Counted from the first letter of the stretch, positions 26,562-36,008 are shown. The stretch is 64,000 nucleotides of DNA from an uncultured Verrucomicrobiota bacterium (GCA_964623885.1 CAZUVM010000003.1:5001-69000), one strand, 5' to 3'. The notes: a model not told the origin generated them from the sequence alone. Translations and numbers: made by a program.

Positions 26562-29500
26562 ATGGCCCGCTTCCAACATTGCGCCTTTCGCTGCCCTGGC
26601 TTAATCGCTTCGATTATTGCGTTTAGTCTCGCTGCGACTTGTTTGGCTGATACTCCCGCCAGCATCACCATTCAGGCTGATCAACCTGGCATTACCGTGA
26701 GCTCAAATTTGTTCGGCATCTTCTTTGAAGAAATCAATTCAGCCGGCGATGGCGGAATTTATGCTGAGCTGGTCCGCAATCGCTCATTCGAGGATGCCAC
26801 CAATGCGGTCTACTGGACCCTGGTTACCAGCGGTAGCGCGGCCGGCCAGATGTCTCTGGACACCTCCTTGCCTCTCAGCTCAACCAACCTCCATTCACTC
26901 AAATTGAGCATGCTCTCCGGTTCGGGAAACGTCGGCGCGGCAAACAATGGGTTTTGGGGAATTCCCGTCACCCAGGGCTCTACATACGTCCTCGGCTTGT
27001 ACGCTCGCGGGGCTTCGACGGCTAACTTGCCATTGACCGTTTCGCTTGAAAGCTCAAATGGCGCCTCCGTTTACACCAGCGTGCCCTTGAGTATCTCGAC
27101 CACGAGTTGGCGTCATTTCACTGCTACCCTCATTCCAAATACTACCGACCCCTCCGCGCGCCTGGTCCTGCGAATTGCTCAGGTTGGTACCGTGTGGCTC
27201 GATTTTGTGTCGCTTTTCCCTCAGGCTACCTACAACAGCCGCACCAACGGTCTTCGGCCTGACCTGGTAAACTCATTGCGCAATCTCAAGCCGTCCTTTG
27301 TCCGCTTTCCCGGTGGCAGCTGGGTCGATGGCAGTTCCATCGCCAACGCTTACCATTGGGAACCGACCGTCGGTGATCCCGCTAATCGTTCCGTGCGCGC
27401 CAATCTCTGGGGCTACATGGTCGATAACGGCCTCGGCTATCACGAATACCTGCAGATGTGCGAAGACATTGGCGCACAGCCGCTCTTCGTCATCAATTGC
27501 GGCATGGACGTCCACGAGAACGCGGTTCCTGCAAGCCAGATGGCCTCGTGGGTGCAGGAAGCCCTCGACGCCATTCAATACGCCAACGGTGATACCAACA
27601 CCCTTTGGGGCGCTCAGCGCGCCGCCAACGGCCACCCTGCTCCTTTCAATCTCCAGTTCATGGAGATTGGCAACGAAAACGGCGGCGCCGCCTACAGCAC
27701 TAACTACGCCCTGTTCTACGACGCCATTAAATCCAACTACCCCGACATGCATCTCATCGCCGATTCCTGGGGGGGCATTCCTTCGAGCCGGCCGGTCGAG
27801 ATCATGGACGAGCATTATTACTCCAACCCAGGATTTTTTATCCAAAATTCGACTAAATACGATAGCTACAGTCGAACGGGGCCGAAAGTCTACATCGGCG
27901 AATATGCGGTCACCACCGGCGGCGGCAACGGCAACCTGGCCGGCGCGCTCGGCGAAGCGGCCTGGATGACCGGCATGGAGCGCAATTCCGACGTCGTTCT
28001 TATGGGCTCCTACGCCCCACTCTTTGCGAATCTCAACAACAAAAACTGGAACCCGGACCTTATCTATTTCACCGGCACTCAGGTCTATGGCACGCCTTCC
28101 TATTACGTGCAGCAGATGTTCAGCTCGAACCGCGGCGATGTGGTGCTGCCCACCGCCGTAGTTGCGTCGGTGCCGCCCGCGACCAACCATGGCGCCATCG
28201 GCTTGAGCACCTGGAATACACAGGCGGCGTTCACGAACATCGTGATCACGAAAAACGGCCAAACGCTTTACCAGAGTGATTTTACTGGGGGCACCGCTCC
28301 CGGTTGGTCGATCATGAGCGGAACCTGGATTGTCTCGAACGGCCTTTTTGAACAAACCGCCGGCGGCACTGATAACCGTGCCACCACCGGTGACCCCACG
28401 TGGAGCGATTACACTCTCACCTTGCAAGCCCTCAAGCTCGGCGGCTCGGAAGGCTTTCTCGTCATGTTCAACGTGCAGGACAGCTCGGATTTCATGTGGC
28501 TCAACCTCGGTGGCTGGAACAACACCCAGACCGCTGTCGAATGGGAACAAAACGGCAGTCGTTCAGTCGTTCCAGGCACCGCCTTCGCCCAGACCATCCA
28601 AAGTAACCAGTGGTACTCTATCCGTATTCAATTGAGTGGCCCGCACATTCAGTGCTATTTGAATGGCACACTAATTGAGGACTTCTACACTTCATCGGCG
28701 CACCTGGGCTCGATTGGTCTTGGAACCTGGAACACTCAATCCGCTTTTTGCAATCTGGTCGTTACCGCCGGCACACAGACCCTCTACCAGAGCGATTTCA
28801 CCTCCGGCAGCGCCGGTTGGCAGCTTGGCACCGGCACCTGGATCACCAGCAACGCGACGTTCGAACAAACCGCCGGCGGCACCGATAATACCGCTATCTA
28901 CGGAAGCACTTCATGGAGTAACTACACCTACAACCTGCGCGCCCGCAAACTCAGCGGCAGCGAAGGTTTCCTCATCATATTCAATTGGCTCAATAGCAGT
29001 AATTGGTTTTGGTGGAATATCGGCGGCTGGAACAATACTCAAACCGGCATCGAATACACCCAGAACGGTCAAAAATCGCTCCTGGCAGCCGTGCCCATGT
29101 CCATCAACACCGGTCAGTGGTATGACATCAGCATCCAGCTCGGCGCGCGCATCCAATGCTACCTCAACGGCCAGCTGATTCACGATGTGGCTTACCCCGA
29201 TGCGCCTCAGCCGCTGTTTGTCTCCAGCACGCTCGCGAAGTCTCTGGGGCAGGTTATCCTGAAAGCAGTCAACGTCTCGACCCAACCACTCCAAACCCAG
29301 CTCACGCTGAATGCGGCCCGCGGTTTTGCTCCGTCAACTATGGCGACCTTGCTCACCTCCGCTAATCCGCTCAGCGAAAACAGCCTTGCTCAGCCCACCA
29401 ATGTGTTGCCCGCCTCGTTCCCGGTGAGCGGGATATCAACTTCATTTCTGTACACCTTCCCGGCGAACTCGCTAACGATTTTCCGGCTGCAGGAACAACC

Positions 29501-29990
29501 CGACTCGCCGGTCGGCATCAGTTTGAATGTTCTCTCGAGCCAGTTGGATATGAACGCGATTACCAATGGCGTCTGGGTCAAACTAAGCTCGTTCATCACC
29601 AACGGAGTTTCCGTCGGTTATACGATCGATACCCCTGCGGGCGTCCTCGCTTCTGGCACGCTTATGTTCAATCCGGGTGACCTCGCCAAAGCCATCCCGC
29701 TTTCCATACCCAACCCTCAGGCTTTCGATCTGATCCGCGTTACACTGGGCAACCCGATCAGTGGTCAGCTTGCTGGCATCTCTCGGCTTTATTTTGTGAA
29801 TTCATCCGGCAACCAGCCGCGCCTCGGATTCGCCCGTTTCAGTGATGAATCGGTTGTTTATTGGAGCGCTGCTGCCGCTCTCCAGCAGTCTGTCGACCCC
29901 CGCGGCCCTTGGCTGACACTCTCAAATACTCCCAGCCCACTTTCCATTACTTTCACCAACGCCTCGCAGTTCTATCGATTGCATCAATGA
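26562..29990 (+). CDS. GH51 alpha-L-arabinofuranosidase with two inserted jelly-roll modules and a C-terminal extension
   Basis: GH51 landmarks are present: signal peptide, LFGIFFEEINSAGDGGIYAELVRNRSFE, VRFPGGSWVDG, MEIGNENGG (acid/base Glu) and YGTPSYYVQQMF. Two ~172-aa tandem modules lie at about 28191-29190. Confidence 0.88.
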   Translation: MARFQHCAFRCPGLIASIIAFSLAATCLADTPASITIQADQPGITVSSNLFGIFFEEINSAGDGGIYAELVRNRSFEDATNAVYWTLVTSGSAAGQMSLDTSLPLSSTNLHSLKLSMLSGSGNVGAANNGFWGIPVTQGSTYVLGLYARGASTANLPLTVSLESSNGASVYTSVPLSISTTSWRHFTATLIPNTTDPSARLVLRIAQVGTVWLDFVSLFPQATYNSRTNGLRPDLVNSLRNLKPSFVRFPGGSWVDGSSIANAYHWEPTVGDPANRSVRANLWGYMVDNGLGYHEYLQMCEDIGAQPLFVINCGMDVHENAVPASQMASWVQEALDAIQYANGDTNTLWGAQRAANGHPAPFNLQFMEIGNENGGAAYSTNYALFYDAIKSNYPDMHLIADSWGGIPSSRPVEIMDEHYYSNPGFFIQNSTKYDSYSRTGPKVYIGEYAVTTGGGNGNLAGALGEAAWMTGMERNSDVVLMGSYAPLFANLNNKNWNPDLIYFTGTQVYGTPSYYVQQMFSSNRGDVVLPTAVVASVPPATNHGAIGLSTWNTQAAFTNIVITKNGQTLYQSDFTGGTAPGWSIMSGTWIVSNGLFEQTAGGTDNRATTGDPTWSDYTLTLQALKLGGSEGFLVMFNVQDSSDFMWLNLGGWNNTQTAVEWEQNGSRSVVPGTAFAQTIQSNQWYSIRIQLSGPHIQCYLNGTLIEDFYTSSAHLGSIGLGTWNTQSAFCNLVVTAGTQTLYQSDFTSGSAGWQLGTGTWITSNATFEQTAGGTDNTAIYGSTSWSNYTYNLRARKLSGSEGFLIIFNWLNSSNWFWWNIGGWNNTQTGIEYTQNGQKSLLAAVPMSINTGQWYDISIQLGARIQCYLNGQLIHDVAYPDAPQPLFVSSTLAKSLGQVILKAVNVSTQPLQTQLTLNAARGFAPSTMATLLTSANPLSENSLAQPTNVLPASFPVSGISTSFLYTFPANSLTIFRLQEQPDSPVGISLNVLSSQLDMNAITNGVWVKLSSFITNGVSVGYTIDTPAGVLASGTLMFNPGDLAKAIPLSIPNPQAFDLIRVTLGNPISGQLAGISRLYFVNSSGNQPRLGFARFSDESVVYWSAAAALQQSVDPRGPWLTLSNTPSPLSITFTNASQFYRLHQ

Positions 29991-30100
29991 GCGCCCTTGG
30001 CAATTTTGCTTGCGTTTGGACGCTCCTTTCATCGTACTGGCGACGGGTAACTGACGGAATCACTTTCTCACTCACAAAAAACCTAAACCAAAGGATCAAA

Positions 30101-30802
30101 ATGAAAACTGCTGTCCTGTTCGGTGCTGCTGCCTGCTTCGTCGCCACGGCGCTCATTGCCGCGGATTCCAGTCCCAAAGATGACATTACTGCCGCCGCTA
30201 AAAAGCTGGGCGATGCCGCCAATTATAGTTGGCGGACCACCGTCGCCGTGCCCGAAGACGCTCCGTTCAAACCCGGCCCAACCGAAGGCAAGGCGGAAAA
30301 GGGCGGCATTACCATGATCACCATGACCTTCGGCGACAATGAAACTAAGGCCGTGATCAAAGGCGACAAAGGCGCCGCCACCAACCAGGATGGCGAATGG
30401 AAATCGGCCGAAGAGCTATCGAATGCCGAAGGCCCAGGGCGGTTCCTTGGGATGATGATCCGCAATTTCAAAGCCCCCGCTGCTCAAGCCGATCAGCTCG
30501 TTTCTTTCTCCAAAGATCTCAAAAAGGATGGCGATGCCTATGCCAGCGACCTGACCGAAGACGGCGCCAAGACCTTGCTGACCTTCCGTCGCGGCGGAGA
30601 TGCCACCGTCACCAACCCAAAAGGTTCCGTCAAATTCTGGCTGAAAGACGGCGCCCTGACTAAATACGAGTTCCACTTGAAAGGCACCGTCAGCTTCAAC
30701 GGCAACGACTTCGATCAGGATCGCACCACCACCGTCGTCATTAAAGACGTCGGCGCCACCAAAGTCAGCGTGCCAGACGAAGCCAAGAAAAAGCTGGGCT
30801 AA
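30101..30802 (+). CDS. Secreted hypothetical protein
   Basis: ATG at 30101 gives MKTAVLFGAAACFVATALIAADS, a signal peptide. The remainder is a 233-aa Lys/Asp-rich beta-type sequence. The upstream part of the track ORF (29861-) overlaps the GH51 3' end and is not credible. Confidence 0.7.
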   Translation: MKTAVLFGAAACFVATALIAADSSPKDDITAAAKKLGDAANYSWRTTVAVPEDAPFKPGPTEGKAEKGGITMITMTFGDNETKAVIKGDKGAATNQDGEWKSAEELSNAEGPGRFLGMMIRNFKAPAAQADQLVSFSKDLKKDGDAYASDLTEDGAKTLLTFRRGGDATVTNPKGSVKFWLKDGALTKYEFHLKGTVSFNGNDFDQDRTTTVVIKDVGATKVSVPDEAKKKLG

Positions 30803-31054
30803 ATCAGCCCTGCCAGGCGCGATATATTTGTAGCAATACGCCAAAAGGAAACCTCAGCCCCGTCAGGGGCGGCATATGGGTAACGTCGACGAAAACCAAC
30901 GCGTTCGGCTTCCCTCCTATTTCATCTGAGGAGATGGGCTTGGGTGAGAATTCCCGAAGGTGTGCTTCGCGCATTGAACCCATGAACCTGCCGAGAGTTG
31001 TGGCGCTGACTCCCCTCGGTTCCTCGCGTTGCTGCCCATCTTCCTCTGCCTCGC

Positions 31055-31369
31055 ATGATCACACTCAACAACGCCCAAATCAGGGACCTTAAAGCCCGAG
31101 CCCAACGCCTCAAAGCCACTCTCAAGGTCGGCAAAGACGGCCTCAGCCCTCAGTTCCTCGCGGCTTTGGACGAGGCCTTGAAGCATCACGAGTTGCTCAA
31201 AGTGAAGTTCGACGACTTCAAAGAGCAGAAAAAGGAGCTGACGCCTCAATTAGCCGAGCGGAGCGGTAGTCATTTGGTGACCCGCGTCGGCAATGTCGTC
31301 GTGCTTTTCCGACCCAAGCCCGAGTCCGAGAAAACTGACGTCGCTAATACCATTCCAATTCAACCATGA
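31055..31369 (+). CDS. yhbY: YhbY-like CRM-domain RNA-binding (ribosome assembly) protein
   Basis: LNNAQIRDLKARAQRLKATLKVGKDGLSPQFLAALDEALKHHELLKVKF...VTRVGNVVVLFRP matches the CRS1/YhbY pattern over its whole length. Confidence 0.85.
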   Translation: MITLNNAQIRDLKARAQRLKATLKVGKDGLSPQFLAALDEALKHHELLKVKFDDFKEQKKELTPQLAERSGSHLVTRVGNVVVLFRPKPESEKTDVANTIPIQP

Positions 31370-31387
31370 TTGTGAGCCTCTGAGAAT

Positions 31388-31451
31388 CTCATTAACACCG
31401 GGCTTCAGCCCGGTGTAGACCCCTCCGTGCACTTGAACCCGTTTCAACCGG
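31388..31451 (+). repeat. Family B REP-like element (CTCATTAACACC-hairpin ... CCGTTTCAACGG), copy 1
   Basis: CTCATTAACACCGGGCTTCAGCCCGGTG...CCGTTTCAACCGG. The same head and tail motifs recur twice at 47787-47964. Confidence 0.75.
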
Positions 31452-31459
31452 ACTTGGAA

Positions 31460-31587
31460 GTAGCGCAGGCCTCCGAGCCTGCCGTATCGCAGGCTTCCAA
31501 GCCTGCGAACGCTTGAAGCAGATGCTGCGAACCAACGCTCGCCGACTCGGAGGTCGGCGATACAGCAGGCTCAGAGGCCTGCGCTAC
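31460..31587. repeat. Family A MITE/REP-like palindromic element, copy 2
   Basis: The terminal inverted repeats GTAGCGCAGGCCTCCGAGCCTGC ... GCAGGCTCAGAGGCCTGCGCTAC match at 22 of 23 positions. Internal hairpins are GCAGGCTTCCAAGCCTGC and CGCCGACTCGGAGGTCGGCG. The whole element aligns with the reverse complement of 4024-4149. Confidence 0.85.
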
Positions 31588-31676
31588 GGGCTCTGTGAGT
31601 GTTCGAGCCGCGCAATCATAGAATATATAGGTGCAACGATTGCTGTTGTTGGCTCACAATTGCTGGAATCGAGTAC

Positions 31677-32765
31677 ATGAAACATCGTTCGCTCTGTTCT
31701 CTTCTACTCTTTCTTTCCGCCCTCCGCACCTTCGCCGCTTCTCGCCAAACCTCCGTTTCCATTGTCGGCGACCACTTCTTTATCAATGGCCAACCCACCT
31801 ATCCCGGCCGCACTTGGCACGGCAACAAGATCCAAGGATTGCTGCTGAACGCACGGCTCGTCCAGGGCGTCTTCGACGACCACAACACCAGCACCGTTTC
31901 CTCCTGGGCCTATCCGGACACCGGAAAATGGGACCCCGAGCGCAACACGCGCGAATTCATCGCGGCGATGCCTGAATGGCGGCGGCACGGTCTACTCGCA
32001 TTTACCATCAATCTGCAGGGCGGTTCGCCGCGCGGTTACGTTAGCGCTCAGCCTTGGCACAATTCCGCTTTCGATCCAGATGGCGCGCTGCGGCAGGATG
32101 ATGCTGAGCGCCTGGCCCGTATCCTCGACCGCGCCGACGAACTCGGGTTCGTTGTCATTCTGGGCTACTTCTATTTCGGCCAGGATCATCGTCTGCGCGA
32201 TGAAGCCGCCATCTTGCAGGCGACCGACAATGCTACCCGCTGGGTTTTCGATCATGGTTGGCGCAACGTCTTGATTGAGATTAATAACGAATGCAACGTG
32301 CGCTACACTCACACCATTCTGCAGCCTGCCCGCGTCCACGAACTCGTTCAACGCGTCCAGTCGGTCCGGCGCGACGGCCGCCGCTTGCTCGTCAGCGCTT
32401 CCTATGGCGGCGGAACCATCCCGAAAGAAAATGTCGTGCGCGCCGCGGATTTCCTGCTCATTCATGGCAATGGCGTTTCCGACTCCGAACGAATCCGCCA
32501 AATGGTCGTCCAAACTCGGGCTGTGCCGGGCTATACGCCTAAGCCAATCCTCTTCAATGAAGATGACCATTATGACTTCGAGAAAGCTCAGAATAATTTT
32601 ACAATGGCGATATCAGCTTACGCGTCCTGGGGTCTCTACGATCAGGGCACAAACAATTACCACGATGGTTTCCAGTCCCCGCCCGTGAATTGGCACATAA
32701 ACACTCCTCGCAAGGAAGCGTTCTTCAATTTGGTCGACGAAATTGCTGGCCCACATTCAAAATGA
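31677..32765 (+). CDS. Secreted TIM-barrel glycoside-hydrolase-like protein (clan GH-A-like, family unassigned)
   Basis: ATG 31677 gives the signal peptide MKHRSLCSLLLFLSALRTFAAS. LIEINNECN (Asn-Glu acid/base-type motif) and a later FNEDD are present. Family assignment is not possible by eye. Confidence 0.6.
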   Translation: MKHRSLCSLLLFLSALRTFAASRQTSVSIVGDHFFINGQPTYPGRTWHGNKIQGLLLNARLVQGVFDDHNTSTVSSWAYPDTGKWDPERNTREFIAAMPEWRRHGLLAFTINLQGGSPRGYVSAQPWHNSAFDPDGALRQDDAERLARILDRADELGFVVILGYFYFGQDHRLRDEAAILQATDNATRWVFDHGWRNVLIEINNECNVRYTHTILQPARVHELVQRVQSVRRDGRRLLVSASYGGGTIPKENVVRAADFLLIHGNGVSDSERIRQMVVQTRAVPGYTPKPILFNEDDHYDFEKAQNNFTMAISAYASWGLYDQGTNNYHDGFQSPPVNWHINTPRKEAFFNLVDEIAGPHSK

Positions 32766-35068
32766 TGTTGATTAAGCGAATGCGTCGAACCACTTGCCTT
32801 GCCCTTACCAGTCTTGTCGTGGCCACTGAGCTGACATCGCAAGCAGGAATGACTCTCGAGTGGAAAGGGGGCAGTGGCAATTGGGAAGACACCTTGATGT
32901 GGGGCGGCACGCTTCCTTCGCGAATGACCGAAGCTAGGATCAACGGGGAGAAAACCTTTCAGGTGACCATAGCGCGGAGTGATGTCCTGGTGAATCATGT
33001 GAGCGTTGCCGATCGTAGCGACAACCACGCAACCTTGGTATTGGATGGAGCCGCCCTTACGGTCAGCGGCAGCATGGACGTCGGCAAGTACAACGGCTCC
33101 GAAGGACACTTCGTGGTGAAATCGGGTGACGCATTTATCGGAACCATTTTTGTATCCGGTGGCGGCGGGCCCGGCATGCGCGGCCGCGGCGTTGTCGAAA
33201 TTCAAAACGGCAGCGTGGTCACCAAGGACATTGAGCTTGGCGTTTCTGCTGGTTGCCATTCCACGTTGCACATTATTGGATCGAAAGCGACCGGTATTGC
33301 CGTCGAGGATGGCCTGCACATCGGTGTTTACAATTATCTGAGCCTGGAAAAAGTGCCGCCGCCCAGTTCCACCGAATTGATCTTCGCTATCGACGCCGAA
33401 GGCGTCACGCCCATTTACACTTGGGGCAAGACCGAAGGCCGAGTTAATTTCCCGGTTCCCGATGACAAAGGCAATGGCCTGGGGACTTGTCGCCTGCAGG
33501 TCAACCTTTTGGCAGAGCCACCCTCCGGCGACATTCTGCTCATCGGCGCGGCCAACCGCTGCCACGGCAGGTTTACCGATCTGGCGGAGGGCGCCTTGGT
33601 GCGAGCGGAGTTTCAAGACAAGACTTACCAGTGGAAGTTGACCTATCGCGGCGGCTCGAACCGTTGCGACATCATGCTGACCGATTCCCACGTGGTGGAT
33701 AGCAATGGCAAAACCGTTCTCTATATCTCGGGGCGCAAAGCCAAGGCGTTTCAATTCGATCGCAGCATTGTCGAAGCCGCTTACCGGCGGTTTTATCGCC
33801 AGGCGGATGCACAGGAGCCGCCGCTCGGGACCGGCCCGCTGGCGTTTCCCGGCGCGGAAGGATACGGCGCGTATGCCCGAGGCGGCCGCGGCGGCAAAGT
33901 CCTGTTCGTTACCAATCTCAGCGATTCCGGCCCCGGCAGCCTCAGGGACGCGATCGAAGCCAAAGGCCCGCGCACCGTGATTTTCCGGGTCGGTGGCCTG
34001 ATCGAGACCAAAGGTCTGTCGGTTCGCGAACCCTACCTCACCATCGCGGGCCAGACCGCTCCTGGGGATGGCGTTTGTATCAGAAAAACAAACAAGAGCG
34101 GCGATGTGTTCGATCTATCCGAGACCCATGATGTGATTATCCGGTTCCTGCGCTTTCGCGCCGGAAACAACACGGCCGAGGAGACCAGCGCGAATTCCCC
34201 GAACCGCGGCGACAGCTTCCGCGTTTACGACAGCGAAAACTTTATCGTGGATCATTGCTCGTGCAGTTGGGGCAATCCGGAAACGATGTCCGCCTCCGGG
34301 TCCGTGGACCGCTACACCGTGCAGTGGTGCATTATTTCCGAGGGCAACAATCAGCAGCGGCATGCTTTCGCCACCATTCTGGGCGGCGACCGCAGCTCGT
34401 GGCACCATAACCTTTTCGCGCACATGTTCAGCCGCGTGCCGCGCTGGGGTGACATCACGGTGCAATGCGACTTCCGCAACAATGTCATTTATGATTGGGG
34501 TCACACCTGTGGCTACGGCGATATGCGCACGCTGAACTACGTCAATAATTACGTTCGCAAAGGCCCGTCCACAACGCAGCGTCCGCCGTATTTCATCATC
34601 GATCCTAAAGTGGTCTTGCCTGCCTCGTTGTACCTGGACGGCAACATCATGGCCGGCGTTCCCGAGGTCACCCGCGATAATTGGAAAGGAGTGGCTGGTG
34701 ATCGCGTCTGGCAGAGCCACGCTCCGTTTCCTGCTCCGTCCGTCCGCACGCAATCGGCCGAGGATGCCTTTGCTCTCGTCCTCAAGTTAGCAGGCGCGAC
34801 GTTGCCCCGGCGCGACTCAGTGGACGAGCGAGTCGTCAACGACGCGCGCAACGGCACGGGCAGAATTATTAATGACGAAACGGAAGTCGGCGGCTGGCCC
34901 GCATATGCTTCCGGCGAACCACTTCAGGACAGCGCCAAGGACGGCATCCCGGCTGCATGGAAAAAAGCCCACGGCCTGCCGCTGAATGATCCCAACGTCG
35001 CCAATTCTCTGAATGCCGATGGCTATACGCAGCTCGAGGCGTACTTGAACTCGCTGGTGCAGGAATGA
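32762..35068 (+). CDS. PL1-type pectate lyase with ~350-aa N-terminal beta-rich extension
   Basis: FPGAEGYGAYARGGRGGKVLFVTNLSDSGPGSLRDAIEAKGPRTVIFRVGG and WHHNLF..SR.PR match the bacterial PL1 pectate lyase pattern. The start ATG 32762 overlaps the upstream stop as ATGA. The N-terminal part contains WKGGSGNWEDTLMWGG, which resembles the autotransporter-associated beta-strand repeat. Confidence 0.85.
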   Translation: MMLIKRMRRTTCLALTSLVVATELTSQAGMTLEWKGGSGNWEDTLMWGGTLPSRMTEARINGEKTFQVTIARSDVLVNHVSVADRSDNHATLVLDGAALTVSGSMDVGKYNGSEGHFVVKSGDAFIGTIFVSGGGGPGMRGRGVVEIQNGSVVTKDIELGVSAGCHSTLHIIGSKATGIAVEDGLHIGVYNYLSLEKVPPPSSTELIFAIDAEGVTPIYTWGKTEGRVNFPVPDDKGNGLGTCRLQVNLLAEPPSGDILLIGAANRCHGRFTDLAEGALVRAEFQDKTYQWKLTYRGGSNRCDIMLTDSHVVDSNGKTVLYISGRKAKAFQFDRSIVEAAYRRFYRQADAQEPPLGTGPLAFPGAEGYGAYARGGRGGKVLFVTNLSDSGPGSLRDAIEAKGPRTVIFRVGGLIETKGLSVREPYLTIAGQTAPGDGVCIRKTNKSGDVFDLSETHDVIIRFLRFRAGNNTAEETSANSPNRGDSFRVYDSENFIVDHCSCSWGNPETMSASGSVDRYTVQWCIISEGNNQQRHAFATILGGDRSSWHHNLFAHMFSRVPRWGDITVQCDFRNNVIYDWGHTCGYGDMRTLNYVNNYVRKGPSTTQRPPYFIIDPKVVLPASLYLDGNIMAGVPEVTRDNWKGVAGDRVWQSHAPFPAPSVRTQSAEDAFALVLKLAGATLPRRDSVDERVVNDARNGTGRIINDETEVGGWPAYASGEPLQDSAKDGIPAAWKKAHGLPLNDPNVANSLNADGYTQLEAYLNSLVQE

Positions 35069-35273
35069 TGTGGAGCGCGAGCAGTCCCGCTCGCAGTTGA
35101 TAGGGACGCCGTCCTCGGCGTCGCAAATCGTCGAGACCGTCTGGTCCCGCAGCGAATTTGGCAAGCGGACATTCCTGTCCGCAGCAAGCATCGAACGATG
35201 TTGCAGGCAAGACCGCTCGCGCTGCGTGAATTTCGACTGCCGTCTCCTTGCTTTGTTTTCGACCCGCGCTACG

Positions 35274-36008
35274 ATGGTGCATGATCGTCCCGCTGCTCCC
35301 ATGAATACCACCATCGGGATCGTTGGCGACTTCGATCCTGCCAACGAAAGTCACTCCGCCACCAACGCCGCCATCGAGCATTCCACCGCGTCGCTGCGCC
35401 AGAGAATCGATTCGCGCTGGATTCCTACCGCCGACATAGCTGCCCCAGGTGGCCTGTCGCGTCTCTCAAACCTGGACGGCCTCTGGATTGCGCCCGCTAG
35501 CCCTTACCGGAGCATGGATGGGGCCTTACTTGCCATTCGACACGCGCGCGAGCACAAGCTCCCGTTGTTCGGAACCTGTGGCGGCTTCCAACACATTATC
35601 ATCGAATACGCTCGCAATGTCCTTGGACTCGCTGATGCCGAGCACGAGGAAAGTTCGCCCCGCGCACCTCGGCTGATCATCTCGCGCCTGTCTTGCTCCC
35701 TCAAAGGACGCAGCATGACGATTCAACTCCAACCTGGCTCCCGCGTCGCTCGCGCGTACGGCCGTTGCACGATCCAGGAACGGTATTACTGCAATTTCGG
35801 CGTGAACCCGGAATTCGTGGATAGCCTGCGTTCGACCACACTGAAGATTGTGGCGTCGGATGACGAAGGCGTCGTGCGCGCTGTTGAACTCGAGGAGCAC
35901 CCCTTCTTCGTCGGCACCTTATTCCTTCCTCAGCTCGGTTCGACCTCAGCCGATCCGCATCCTTTGATCTCCAGCTTCGTCCAGGCCTGCGCGCGTATCA
36001 ACGAATGA
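35274..36008 (+). CDS. Stand-alone CTP-synthase-type class I glutamine amidotransferase-like protein (His/Glu of the triad not conserved)
   Basis: LPLFGTCGGFQHIIIEYARNVLGL aligns with the PyrG GATase nucleophile region. The C-terminal HPFFVGTLFLPQLGS replaces the canonical ...QFHPEF. The start is uncertain (35274 or 35301). Confidence 0.7.
   Translation: MVHDRPAAPMNTTIGIVGDFDPANESHSATNAAIEHSTASLRQRIDSRWIPTADIAAPGGLSRLSNLDGLWIAPASPYRSMDGALLAIRHAREHKLPLFGTCGGFQHIIIEYARNVLGLADAEHEESSPRAPRLIISRLSCSLKGRSMTIQLQPGSRVARAYGRCTIQERYYCNFGVNPEFVDSLRSTTLKIVASDDEGVVRAVELEEHPFFVGTLFLPQLGSTSADPHPLISSFVQACARINE

Noticed and set aside
27273-28550. Very long antisense ORFs opposite real genes. Examples are 425 aa at 27273-28550, 350 aa at 11927-12979, 365 aa at 32657-33754, 227 aa at 1551-2234 and 298 aa at 56606-57502.
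   Set aside because: Each lies entirely inside a gene with strong family motifs on the other strand. Their translations are Arg/Ala/Gly/Pro-rich, with no recognisable motifs. Shadow ORFs of this kind are expected in GC-rich DNA.
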